From positions 14,215-78,214 of the forward strand of contig CBIHLM010000003.1 of the NCBI GenBank assembly GCA_966210515.1: a stretch of DNA of 64,000 bases, given 5' to 3'. Below are positions 18,843 to 28,152 of the stretch, piece after piece. Every line of letters begins with the position of its first letter. Within the stretch, counting starts at the first letter, position 1. Under the pieces are notes generated by a model that was not told where the DNA came from, made no database searches, and worked only from the letters and a program-made list of their open reading frames with translations. The translations under genes were made by a program, and so were the position numbers. This DNA comes from an uncultured Pedobacter sp. GTDB taxonomy: Bacteria; Bacteroidota; Bacteroidia; Sphingobacteriales; Sphingobacteriaceae.

Positions 18843-20222
18843 TTAATCTGTTTTAACAAAGAAAATTTCGACCCTTCTGTTTTTCATTCTGCCTTCATCC
18901 GTATCATTTTTAGCTTCAGGCTTTAAAAAAGCATCTTCAGTAATCTCAATAGGAATATCAATAGTCCGGAGTTTCTGGAAAGCATCTATAACAGATTGGT
19001 TCCGCTTTCTGGATAAGTCCATATTATATTCAAGGTTACCAATGCTATCTGTATGGCCGGCAACACGCATCGTATAATTATTCTTAATGCGATCGTAAAT
19101 AGCAGCAATACCCTTTAACTTACTAATCTCTGAAGGAGGTATATCATACTTATCAAATTCAAAATAAATCTTTGCATTGTCCATATAAACGGTATCCGGC
19201 AACAAATCCTCGAGCTTTTTACCCGCCAGAATTTGCTTAGCATCTATCAATCTGCTTAAATCAGGATAATCTATAAAGTTGGGTTGTGAGGTATCACGTT
19301 TTGCGGTGAAACTTTTATCCTGAACAAATACTCCCGAATCATAAATATTGTCGGCCACGTCGGCAACAATAATTTTAAAATGGTATTTTTTATAGGGGAC
19401 AACATATGTTTGAGCGACGAGTTTTTTAGTTATTCCATCAAATTGAAGAAAACGGTACAGACCAGGTTTTGCCTTTTTGACTAACGCTGGGTCGGTGCGG
19501 ATATGGCCCGACTCGGAATCTTCTTCAGGTCTTGAAGAAAAAATTCTTTTTATGCCCTGCCAGATTGAAAAGAACAAGCCTCGCCTTGTTCTTTCCTGAA
19601 CCAGTGGGGCCTGTCGTTTGGTGACCGCACTTGAAAACACATTATTATCAATAAACAACTCCTGATTGGCTTTGTGATTTACCGTATTTATGCTTACGGG
19701 CTCATTTTTTCCGGGGAGCAGAGCGATATTGCGTGTAGTGCTGTCATCTGACACAAAAAAAGCAAATACATCGTTATAGGTTGAGCCGACATATTCCGGA
19801 TATTCTTCTGAGCCAAATTGATAGTTGAATTGCAAGCTGTTCTGTACTGGCACGAAATCGAACTCAATCATACTCACATCATATAGATTGGGCTTTACAA
19901 GCTTATTCAGATCCTGGTCTCTCTCGGCATCTCCAAAGGCATGGGTTTGGTTGTACTTATTATTTAGGCCGGCAACACTAAATGCAGATCCGGTCGAGAG
20001 AACCAAGCCCTTTTGCAGTTCTAAAACATTGGCAGAACTGGTAAAAGCCCCCATAGATAACACGTTACCGTGAAATTTTACATTTCCAATCACAACCCCC
20101 TGTCCGGAAAAATTATCCCTGATCCACTTATTAACATCTACGCGTGACACCCGTATTTGAGCATTGCCAGTTAACCCGGCTACTAACGTTAATAACAAGA
20201 TACTGAAGAGACGTTTGCCCAT
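18843..20222 (-). CDS. Choice-of-anchor L domain plus C-terminal OmpA-like peptidoglycan-binding domain
   Basis: GLVLSTG, FGSEEYPEY..NDVFAFFVS, NIALLPG, QFDG and KIIVADVADNIYDSGVF (choice-of-anchor L pattern); then IYFEFDK, GHTDSIG, NMDLSRKR and NRRVEI (OmpA-C). Confidence 0.8.
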   Translation of the reverse strand: MGKRLFSILLLTLVAGLTGNAQIRVSRVDVNKWIRDNFSGQGVVIGNVKFHGNVLSMGAFTSSANVLELQKGLVLSTGSAFSVAGLNNKYNQTHAFGDAERDQDLNKLVKPNLYDVSMIEFDFVPVQNSLQFNYQFGSEEYPEYVGSTYNDVFAFFVSDDSTTRNIALLPGKNEPVSINTVNHKANQELFIDNNVFSSAVTKRQAPLVQERTRRGLFFSIWQGIKRIFSSRPEEDSESGHIRTDPALVKKAKPGLYRFLQFDGITKKLVAQTYVVPYKKYHFKIIVADVADNIYDSGVFVQDKSFTAKRDTSQPNFIDYPDLSRLIDAKQILAGKKLEDLLPDTVYMDNAKIYFEFDKYDIPPSEISKLKGIAAIYDRIKNNYTMRVAGHTDSIGNLEYNMDLSRKRNQSVIDAFQKLRTIDIPIEITEDAFLKPEAKNDTDEGRMKNRRVEIFFVKTD

Positions 20223-20266
20223 GTTGTGGTTAGGTTTATGGCTATTTTAAAAATAAATAGAATCCT

Positions 20267-21052
20267 TCAAAATTTAACAAAGAAATGTTCCTTCTCATGA
20301 CCCTTTCTGAAATAAACCAATCCGATCCAAAATAAATCCACTGTAAAACTCACCTGAGGATGGCTTTTAATCTCTTCCCATGCTTCCTCCATCCCTTTAC
20401 TCCAATAAATATCATCGAAAATCAGAATGGTGTTATTATTTACTTTTGGAAGGCACCACCTAAAATAGTCTAATGTTGCCTCTTTCCTATGGTTTCCATC
20501 TACAAACACAAAATCAATCGAATCTGTTTGATTTATAATTGCCGGAAATATCGTATCGAAATTCCCGGACAGCAAATTAACGTTTTCAATTTTTAGCTTC
20601 TTCAAATTTTCGCCTGCAATGGCGCCCGTTTGCGGACATCCTTCAATTGAAACTACCTGGGCTCCGGAAGCCGATTTCGCAAGATATGCGGTAGTAAGTC
20701 CAAGGCAAGTCCCTAACTCTATAATATTCCGGGGGCTGTTATCGTTACAGATTCTGTATATTAACTGAGCAAGTTTTTTAGGCTTAAGAGCATTTTTCGC
20801 CAATTGTCTTACCTGCTTTTTTTTGTTGTTGTTTATATGCGAACCTGCGCCAAGATCAGTGATAGTAATTTCCCGCGCATCTGCTAATAAGCTTTTTCGC
20901 AATTGTTCTATAGATTCATAATCGATTCGTGGTTTATAATCATAAATTACCTTATCAACCAAATTGTAAACAAATGGTGAATGTATTCCATGACGTGTTT
21001 TGGCTTTAAGCCGATGTTTTATGTAAGATTTTAATAACTGAAAATTGATCAT
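20267..21052 (-). CDS. Class I SAM-dependent methyltransferase
   Basis: IIELGTCLG (motif I), VFVDGNH and FDDIYWS. Confidence 0.85.
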   Translation of the reverse strand: MINFQLLKSYIKHRLKAKTRHGIHSPFVYNLVDKVIYDYKPRIDYESIEQLRKSLLADAREITITDLGAGSHINNNKKKQVRQLAKNALKPKKLAQLIYRICNDNSPRNIIELGTCLGLTTAYLAKSASGAQVVSIEGCPQTGAIAGENLKKLKIENVNLLSGNFDTIFPAIINQTDSIDFVFVDGNHRKEATLDYFRWCLPKVNNNTILIFDDIYWSKGMEEAWEEIKSHPQVSFTVDLFWIGLVYFRKGHEKEHFFVKF

Positions 21053-21059
21053 GTGCCGG

Positions 21060-21088
21060 CAAAATTATACAAACCATCCTTATATCAA
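21060..21088 (-). promoter_or_regulatory. Bacteroidota housekeeping promoter (TTG-N18-TAATTTTG) for the methyltransferase
   Basis: TAATTTTG at 21067-21060 and TTG at 21088-21086 on the minus strand; the -7 box lies 7 nt before the ATG. Confidence 0.6.
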
Positions 21089-21167
21089 TGTGATGACTAA
21101 AGTTTAGCTCACAAAAATTATATAATTCATTAAATAAGTGTCACTCATTTTTATATTTTAGTAAAAC

Positions 21168-22034
21168 ATGACGAATGATAAAGAACTAGAATCTTTAATC
21201 AAATTACTTGACGATCCGGATGCAGAAGTTTCACAACATGTGGAAGAACGCCTGCTGTCTTATGGAAATGAAGTAATAGAATACCTGGAAAATGCATGGG
21301 AGCAATCTTTCGATGCGCTTTTACAGGAAAGGATCGAAAATCTGGTACATAAAATCCAATATAATTCTGTTAAAAAAGAACTGGAACTTTGGTATCATGG
21401 CGGAGCTTTTGACTTATTGCAGGGAGTAATTATCATCAATAAGTATCAGTATCCTGATATGGATCCTCTGAAAATCATCAATCAAATTGAGGAGATAAAA
21501 AGGGAGATCTGGCTGCAAATGGTTTACGATATGAGTGCCATTGAAAAGGTAAAGATCATTAATCATGTTCTATACAGTATTTATAACTTTTCAGGAAATA
21601 CCACAAATCATCAGGATCCACAAAACTCATACATTAGTCACGTATTGGAGAGTAAAAAAGGGAATCAGATCTCTTTAGCTATAATCTACTCTGCTATCGC
21701 TCAAAAGCTGGACATTCCGATCTACGGCGTAAACTTGCCCCAGCATTTCATTTTAGCCTATATCGATGAAGCGAAGGAGTATATCTCGGAAGAAGGAGTG
21801 CTGTTTTATATCAATGCATTCAATAAAGGGTTCATTTTCAGCAGGCGGGATGTCGATTCATTCTTAAAGCAGCTAAATTTAACCCCCGCCAAAGAGTTTT
21901 ACGAACCTTGCAGCAACGAGGATATTATCCGAAGAATTTTACGAAACCTGATCTCTGCTTATACAAAATTAGGCTACGAAGACAAAGTTAAAGAGATAGA
22001 AGAACTGCTTTCAGTTGTTGAAGCGGAAAAATAA
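21168..22034 (+). CDS. SirB1 / transglutaminase-like core domain protein
   Basis: LIKLLDDPD N-terminus, NSYISHVLESKKGNQISLAIIY, GVNLPQHF and FYINAFN. Confidence 0.8.
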   Translation: MTNDKELESLIKLLDDPDAEVSQHVEERLLSYGNEVIEYLENAWEQSFDALLQERIENLVHKIQYNSVKKELELWYHGGAFDLLQGVIIINKYQYPDMDPLKIINQIEEIKREIWLQMVYDMSAIEKVKIINHVLYSIYNFSGNTTNHQDPQNSYISHVLESKKGNQISLAIIYSAIAQKLDIPIYGVNLPQHFILAYIDEAKEYISEEGVLFYINAFNKGFIFSRRDVDSFLKQLNLTPAKEFYEPCSNEDIIRRILRNLISAYTKLGYEDKVKEIEELLSVVEAEK

Positions 22035-22095
22035 GTTGGTAGTTTAGAGATGACAGCGGGACATTGCCATCGGTAACATCTATAAACTACACAAC
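22035..22095. terminator. Long imperfect hairpin between convergent genes
   Basis: GTTGGTAGTTTAGAGATG ... CATCTATAAACTACACAAC inverted repeat filling the gap between the two stop codons. Confidence 0.55.
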
Positions 22096-22097
22096 AT

Positions 22098-23172
22098 TTA
22101 AAACTCCATTAAATAAGCTTTTATAAAATTATTCAGGTCGCCATCTAACACCGCTTGAGGGTTCGACGTTTGGTAATTTGTTCGATGATCTTTAACACGC
22201 CGGTCATCTAAAACATAACTTCTGATCTGTGATCCCCATTCAATCTTCTTCTTACTACCTTCTATCGCTGCAGATGCCTCCTGTCGCTTTCGCATCTCTG
22301 CCTCATATAGCTGTGATTTCAGTAAGCGGATCGCATTTTCTTTATTTTGGAGCTGTGATCGTGATTCCTGATTCTTTATAATAATTCCGGACGGCTTATG
22401 ATATAAACGAACAGCTGTTTCAACCTTGTTTACATTCTGCCCGCCGGCACCACCCGAACGGAAAGTTTCAAATTCTATATCTGCCGGATTTACCTCAATC
22501 TCAATAGTGTCATCAACCAGCGGATACACATAAACAGAAGCGAATGAAGTATGACGTTTCGCGTTAGCATCGAAAGGTGAAATACGCACCAGACGATGCA
22601 CACCATTCTCTCCTTTTAAGTATCCATAGGCAAATTCACCTTCTATCTGTAGGGTAACCGATTTTACTCCGGCCACCTCACCCTCCTGAAAATCCTGCTC
22701 GGTTACTTTGTATCCATTTTTTTCAGCCCACATAATGTACATCCGCATCAGCATCTGAGCCCAGTCGCAGCTCTCAGTACCTCCTGCTCCGGCTGTAATT
22801 TGAAGGACAGCATTCAACTGATCCTCTTCAGAACTTAACATGTTTTTAAATTCAAGTTCTTCAAGTTTTGTAAGGGCAATTTGATATTGCTCTTTCAGCT
22901 CTTCTTCGGTAGCATCGCCTGACTGAAAAAACTCATATAGCACCGCAGTATCTTCCACAGCCGAATTAACAGCGACGATTCCGTCGGTCCAGAATTTCTT
23001 TGCTTTAATAGAGTGTAATACCTTTTCGGCGTCTTTGGGACGATCCCAAAAATCAGGTGTAAGTGTTAGTTCTTCTTCAATATGGAGTTCATCAAGTTTC
23101 TTGTCGATGTCAAAGATGCCTCCTCAGGGACGTTACTCTGTCCCTTAAATCCTGTAGCTGTTCTTTAGTCAT
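22098..23172 (-). CDS. prfB: Peptide chain release factor 2 (two frames joined by a +1 programmed frameshift)
   Basis: SPF anticodon-mimic motif and [14 protein letters not shown]1 runs ATG 23172, [20 protein letters not shown], to CTT TGA C (23115-23109); the +1 frame continues [20 protein letters not shown] in frame with ORF 22098..22958. Confidence 0.97.
23109..23124 (-). promoter_or_regulatory. prfB frameshift signal (internal SD AGGAGG plus CTT TGA C)
   Basis: Minus strand AGGAGG-CAT-CTT-TGA-C, the canonical RF2 autoregulatory cassette. Confidence 0.95.
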
Positions 23173-23223
23173 GAGGCAAAAGTAGAACTTTTAATTATTT
23201 TAACTGTTCTTAACAAACAAAAA

Positions 23224-23994
23224 ATGAGAGCACTCTACACCATTATCATTCTATTTGCCATGCTAAGCTGCAACTCAGATAGGCAAATAGAAACAGTTGA
23301 AGATTCTGTTGCTATTGATTCTATGGAATCAAACGGCACCCTAACCGACACTACTGATATAACTCCGCAGTCAGTGCAAAAAGCTGGAGAAGTTAAAATA
23401 TTCAAAGGGCTTTATTCGTTCGGCAACGAAGTGAGCACTTTTCGCGAGTGTGAAAAACCCGGCAAACTTTACTGGCTGGAAGATGAGAGCAATAAACTTT
23501 CTTCAGCATATAAAAAAGCTACTGAATTTTTGTCGTACCCATACGAGAGTGTATATATTGAGGTTAAAGGATATTTAAAAGGCAAGTCGAATATTGGATA
23601 TGCCGAAGAATATGAAAACGTGCTGATTGTAACAGATCTGATCTCTTTAAAACCAAAATCCTACCGAACTGAATGTTTTAATTATGAATTTATTTGCTTA
23701 GGCAACGAGCCTTTTTGGTCGCTTGACATTCTTCCGGATGAAAAGTTGATAGCATTAAAAGATGTGGGAAGTGAAAAAACCTACACCTTTCCCTATAGTG
23801 CTGGTAAAATTGTCGGCAACACGATAACATTTCAGACATCCAATGATAAGAAAGAAACGCTAGAAGCTGTGATTACAAGGGAAAACTGCAGCGATGGCAT
23901 GTCTGACAGAGTCTATATTCACTCTGCCAAAGTAACAATTAATGGTAAAACGCTAAAAGGCTGCGCTATTAAACAAGGTGATAGTCTCAAATGA
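23224..23994 (+). CDS. Hypothetical lipoprotein (NlpE-C OB-fold-like plus COG3650-like domain)
   Basis: Lipobox MLS|C; FKGLYSFGNEVSTFRECE; GNEPFWSL and CSDGMSDRVY..GCA motifs. Confidence 0.7.
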   Translation: MRALYTIIILFAMLSCNSDRQIETVEDSVAIDSMESNGTLTDTTDITPQSVQKAGEVKIFKGLYSFGNEVSTFRECEKPGKLYWLEDESNKLSSAYKKATEFLSYPYESVYIEVKGYLKGKSNIGYAEEYENVLIVTDLISLKPKSYRTECFNYEFICLGNEPFWSLDILPDEKLIALKDVGSEKTYTFPYSAGKIVGNTITFQTSNDKKETLEAVITRENCSDGMSDRVYIHSAKVTINGKTLKGCAIKQGDSLK

Positions 23995-24050
23995 CCCCCA
24001 AGTACTAAGTTTATTCAACAGGATTTTTATCTTCGTCCAAATTTAAGTGT

Positions 24051-25700
24051 ATGCTTCCAAAAATAAATTTCACCCAGACCCAGGCTTATCAATATCTAAC
24101 CGATCATTTTATTGAAATCAACAATCTGCATTTGCGCGGATTATTTGCCGATGATACTGAACGATTTAACAAGTTCTCTCTTGAGTGGAACGATATCCTT
24201 TTAGATTACTCCAAAAACCGGATCACTGATAAAACTATAGCCTTATTAGTCCAATTAGCTAAAGAATGTGGCCTGAAGGATGCGATCGACGCAATGTTTG
24301 GAGCTGAACAAATTAATGAAACTGAATCACGTGCTGTGTTACATATTGCTTTACGGAATCAAGGCAATGAACGAATTGTGGTGGACGGGGTTGATGTGAT
24401 GCCTGATGTAAAGGCGGTTCTTGATAAAATGGAAATGTTTTGCGATTCTGTAATTTCAGGATCATGGAAAGGATATTCAGGAAAAGCTATCACGGATATT
24501 GTAAACATTGGGATCGGTGGTTCTGATCTGGGACCGGTAATGGTTTACGAATCATTAAAGTCGTACCGCAACCATCTTAAGCTTCATTTTGTATCTAATG
24601 TTGATGGAACACACATCGCGGAAGCGTTAAAAGAAGTTAATCCTGAAACAACCCTATTCCTGATAGCCTCCAAAACATTTACCACTCAGGAGACTATGGC
24701 GAACGCTCATAGCGCACGTGATTGGTTTTTAGCAAACGGCGGTTCCGCTGAAGGCGTTGCCAAGCATTTCGCAGCCCTTTCTACCAATGCAAAAGCAGTT
24801 TCAGAATTTGGTATTGACACTAAGAACATGTTTGGTTTTTGGGATTGGGTTGGAGGAAGATATTCTTTGTGGAGCGCAATCGGCACATCAGTTGCCCTGG
24901 GTATTGGCTTTGCCAACTTTAAGGCATTGTTAACCGGAGCGCACGATATGGATAAACATTTCCGCAAATCCGAATTCGACCAAAACATGCCGGTTATACT
25001 CGCCCTTTTAGGAATCTGGTACAATAACTTTTTTGAAGCAGAAAGTCACGCTATTTTGCCTTACGATCAATATATGCATCGCTTTGCGGCATATTTCCAA
25101 CAGGGAGATATGGAGAGCAACGGCAAGAATGTCGACAGAAATGGCGAGCCTGTAAATTATCAAACCGGACCAGTTATCTGGGGCGAGCCGGGCACCAACG
25201 GACAGCATGCGTTTTATCAATTGATTCATCAGGGAACAAAATTAATCCCCTGCGATTTCATTGCACCGGCACAATCTCATAATAAAATCGGATCTCATCA
25301 TACCCTGCTATTATCTAATTTCTTTGCTCAAACCGAGGCGTTGATGAATGGCAAAACCCACGAGGAAGTGGTTGCTGAACTGCAAGCTTCCGGCAAATCT
25401 GAAACCGAAATTGAAAAGCTGGCTCCATTCAAAGTATTTGAAGGCAACCGGCCAACAAATTCAATCCTTGTAAAGAAAATAACTCCGGAAACTTTGGGTG
25501 CGCTTATCGCAATGTATGAGCACAAAATATTTGTTCAGGGCATTATATGGAATATTTTCAGTTTCGACCAATGGGGAGTGGAGCTAGGTAAGCAATTAGC
25601 GAACAAAATTTTACCGGAACTAGAAAGTGATGCGCAAATCAGCACACACGATTCTTCGACAAATGGTTTAATTAATCAGTATAAAGAGTGGCGTAAATAA
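24051..25700 (+). CDS. pgi: Glucose-6-phosphate isomerase
   Basis: [34 protein letters not shown] and [10 protein letters not shown]. Confidence 0.98.
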   Translation: MLPKINFTQTQAYQYLTDHFIEINNLHLRGLFADDTERFNKFSLEWNDILLDYSKNRITDKTIALLVQLAKECGLKDAIDAMFGAEQINETESRAVLHIALRNQGNERIVVDGVDVMPDVKAVLDKMEMFCDSVISGSWKGYSGKAITDIVNIGIGGSDLGPVMVYESLKSYRNHLKLHFVSNVDGTHIAEALKEVNPETTLFLIASKTFTTQETMANAHSARDWFLANGGSAEGVAKHFAALSTNAKAVSEFGIDTKNMFGFWDWVGGRYSLWSAIGTSVALGIGFANFKALLTGAHDMDKHFRKSEFDQNMPVILALLGIWYNNFFEAESHAILPYDQYMHRFAAYFQQGDMESNGKNVDRNGEPVNYQTGPVIWGEPGTNGQHAFYQLIHQGTKLIPCDFIAPAQSHNKIGSHHTLLLSNFFAQTEALMNGKTHEEVVAELQASGKSETEIEKLAPFKVFEGNRPTNSILVKKITPETLGALIAMYEHKIFVQGIIWNIFSFDQWGVELGKQLANKILPELESDAQISTHDSSTNGLINQYKEWRK

Positions 25701-25725
25701 TTAGCAAACACTCAATTCAACATTC

Positions 25726-25755
25726 AGGAGCAGAAAAAAACTGCTCCTTTTTTTT
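25726..25755 (+). terminator. pgi intrinsic terminator
   Basis: AGGAGCAG-AAAAAAA-CTGCTCCT followed by a T run. Confidence 0.9.
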
Positions 25756-25781
25756 ATTCTAAAAATTCCGGTTCGACCGAA

Positions 25782-25808
25782 GCAACCAGAGCTCAAGAAG
25801 TTCCGTAC
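25782..25808 (+). promoter_or_regulatory. Candidate ECF-sigma promoter (GCAACC-N16-CGTAC)
   Basis: -35 AAC-core and -10 CGT-core at 16-nt spacing, just after the pgi terminator and 25 nt before the sigma ATG. Confidence 0.6.
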
Positions 25809-25833
25809 ATGTGGTATATTGAGTTATTATTGA

Positions 25834-26403
25834 ATGAACTCGCCTGATATAAAACATATCTTATCCGGATGTAAATCCCGCGACCGTAAAAGTCAGAAGG
25901 AGCTTTACAAGCAATACTTTGGATTTTCGATGAAGATATGTTTACGCTATGCGGAACACAAAGAGGAGGCTGTAGAAATAGTAAATGACGGTTTTATGCG
26001 CGTGTTTACAAACATCAGCAAATACGACGAAAGCAGGCCGTTTAAATCCTGGCTTAGTACCATAATGATTAATACCTCAATAGACTATTACAGGAGAAGA
26101 ATAAGACGTACGAAGATGGAGGAATTAAACAGCAATCATGAACTGGAAGAGCATGAACATATTTTATCAAGGATAAATTATGAGGATTTAATAAAACTAG
26201 TACAAAAGCTTTCAACCGGCTATCGTACGGTTTTTAATTTGTTTGTTATTGATGGCTACTCGCACGAAGAAATTTCAGCGATGCTTTCAATATCTGTTGG
26301 CGCTTCGAAATCAAACTTATTTAAAGCGAGGCATAAATTAAGAGAGATGTTAAGCTCCATTGAAACTGACACATCAGGGCCCAGGACTTTTGAAATATCA
26401 TGA
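25834..26403 (+). CDS. ECF RNA polymerase sigma factor
   Basis: Sigma2 region (EAVEIVNDGFMRVF, FKSWLSTIMINTSID) and sigma4 region (FNLFVIDGYSHEEIS..VGASKSNLFKAR). Confidence 0.95.
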   Translation: MNSPDIKHILSGCKSRDRKSQKELYKQYFGFSMKICLRYAEHKEEAVEIVNDGFMRVFTNISKYDESRPFKSWLSTIMINTSIDYYRRRIRRTKMEELNSNHELEEHEHILSRINYEDLIKLVQKLSTGYRTVFNLFVIDGYSHEEISAMLSISVGASKSNLFKARHKLREMLSSIETDTSGPRTFEIS

Positions 26404-27614
26404 AAGAATTATCTGACAAAAAGTTTGATGAGCTACTAAAGCAAAAAGCAGAATCTGCGGATTTTTTCTTTGATGAATCTGCATGGGATAAGATGGAGCA
26501 AAAGCTCCGCAGAAGAGACCGTGTGATTTTTATCAGGAACAGCAGTTTTGTTCTGATGCTTCTTTTTCTTTTTGGTGGAGCTTATTGGCTGTTAAATGGA
26601 GATTCTATAAGTGAGAGCAGCAACCAAAATGTACAAAAATCTGAAACTTTAAAGCCCGGGAACGAGACTATTTTACATGGGGACAAGAATAAGTCGCCGA
26701 TTAAAACAAAGGCAGGAGAAAAAGCAATTGCTGAGGCATCTTTAGGTTCTGAGAAACGATCAGCAATTAAAGCTGCTTCAACTAAGAAAACAAATGAAAA
26801 GAGTTTATTGGTCAGGGAGAATGCAATCGACAAACCGTCCAGTTTAAGCATGTCAGACAGCTCTGAGTTTATACCTTTTGTACAACTAGACCGTCTAAAT
26901 GCATCCGATAACAAATTCCCCGAACCAGAAGAAGATTTAATAATTGCCTCAGCTGAATTTGAAAACGACACGATAAAATCCAAGCCTGAAATAAAGAACT
27001 CTCCTAAGAATAGGAAACTGAGCTTTAGTGTAACAGCCTTAGCCGGGCCGGATTTTAGTTCAGTTGAATCAATTGCCGGAAAAAAAGGCAATTTAAATAT
27101 AGGATTACTTCTAAATACGACCATATCAAAAAAGATCACTCTAAGCTCGGGAGTTAAATACGGATTGAAATCTTATGCAGCCAGTGCTTACGATTATAAA
27201 CTAAAGAACCCATCACGAGCAGATAAAATTTCAGGGATTGATGCATCCTGTAATATCCTCGAAATTCCGTTGCAGATTTCCTATTCATTGTTCCAAAACA
27301 AGAACAATCATATAAAATTATCATCGGGTCTGTCATCGTACCTCATGCTAAAAGAAGAATATAATTTCAAATACACGCCTCAATCGGGTTACAAAGATTA
27401 TTTGCTGGTAAAAAACAATGCAAACCAGCATTACTTAAGCGTGTTGAACCTGGCGGCCAGTTATCATATAAAACCCAAATCTGCTAACATTCAATGGGCA
27501 ATAGAACCTTATGTGAAACTACCATTGGGAGGAGTTGGGGAAGGAAATGTGCGTTTAAAATCAAGTGGAATTTCATTGAATATGACTTATGATATCACTA
27601 AGAAAAATAAATAA
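26400..27614 (+). CDS. Putative dual-membrane-spanning anti-sigma factor (cytoplasmic domain, TM helix, low-complexity tether, small outer-membrane beta-barrel)
   Basis: ATGA overlap with the sigma gene; ~40-aa N-terminal domain (FDELLKQK..AWDKMEQKL), one TM helix, ~140-aa K/S/E-rich linker, then amphipathic beta-strands (LEIPLQISY, IEPYVKLPL..GISLNMTY). Confidence 0.75.
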   Translation: MKELSDKKFDELLKQKAESADFFFDESAWDKMEQKLRRRDRVIFIRNSSFVLMLLFLFGGAYWLLNGDSISESSNQNVQKSETLKPGNETILHGDKNKSPIKTKAGEKAIAEASLGSEKRSAIKAASTKKTNEKSLLVRENAIDKPSSLSMSDSSEFIPFVQLDRLNASDNKFPEPEEDLIIASAEFENDTIKSKPEIKNSPKNRKLSFSVTALAGPDFSSVESIAGKKGNLNIGLLLNTTISKKITLSSGVKYGLKSYAASAYDYKLKNPSRADKISGIDASCNILEIPLQISYSLFQNKNNHIKLSSGLSSYLMLKEEYNFKYTPQSGYKDYLLVKNNANQHYLSVLNLAASYHIKPKSANIQWAIEPYVKLPLGGVGEGNVRLKSSGISLNMTYDITKKNK

Positions 27615-28146
27615 TCTGCTTTTGTTAATTCTGCTAACCGGAGGATTAAGTCCATCCGCCCTTGCGCAGAACTTCACCTCAAAGGGGGTAAAGGTGAGAT
27701 TTTTTTCGTCTACCCCTATTGAAGACATCAGAGCAGCATCTGACAAAGGTGTTGCAGTTTTGATCTCAAAAACCGGCAAAATTGCATTTCAGGTGCCCAT
27801 TAAAAGCTTTGAGTTTGCTAAAGGCTTGATGCAGGAACACTTCAATGAAAATTATATGGAAAGTGATAAATATCCGTATGCAAAATTTGATGGTAAGATA
27901 AACCAGGAAATAGATTTCACTAAAGATGGGGAATACAATGTGAGTGCCACAGGTGCACTGTTAATCCATGGAGTCATTAAACAGCGTACCATTCCCGGCA
28001 CAATAAAAGTAAAAGATGGCCAGGTACAGATACTTTCAGGTTTTGACGTAGCATGTGCTGATCACAAAATCAAAATCCCGAAACTCGTTTTCACCAAGAT
28101 AGCTGAAGTTATAAAAGTTAATGTTGATGCCACTCTAAAACCTTAA
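27589..28146 (+). CDS. YceI family protein
   Basis: FFSSTPIEDI, LMQEHFNENYMESDKYP and KIPKLVFTKIAEVI, the Bacteroidota YceI pattern; signal peptide ALA|Q. Confidence 0.85.
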   Translation: MISLRKINNLLLLILLTGGLSPSALAQNFTSKGVKVRFFSSTPIEDIRAASDKGVAVLISKTGKIAFQVPIKSFEFAKGLMQEHFNENYMESDKYPYAKFDGKINQEIDFTKDGEYNVSATGALLIHGVIKQRTIPGTIKVKDGQVQILSGFDVACADHKIKIPKLVFTKIAEVIKVNVDATLKP

Positions 28147-28152
28147 AATAAA

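Noticed and set aside
22098-23172. prfB as a pseudogene or sequencing frameshift
   Set aside because: The break is exactly the canonical AGGAGG-N3-CTT-TGA-C programmed site.
26582-27139. 185-aa antisense ORF inside the anti-sigma gene
   Set aside because: Shadow of the low-complexity tether; S/F/L-rich, no motifs.
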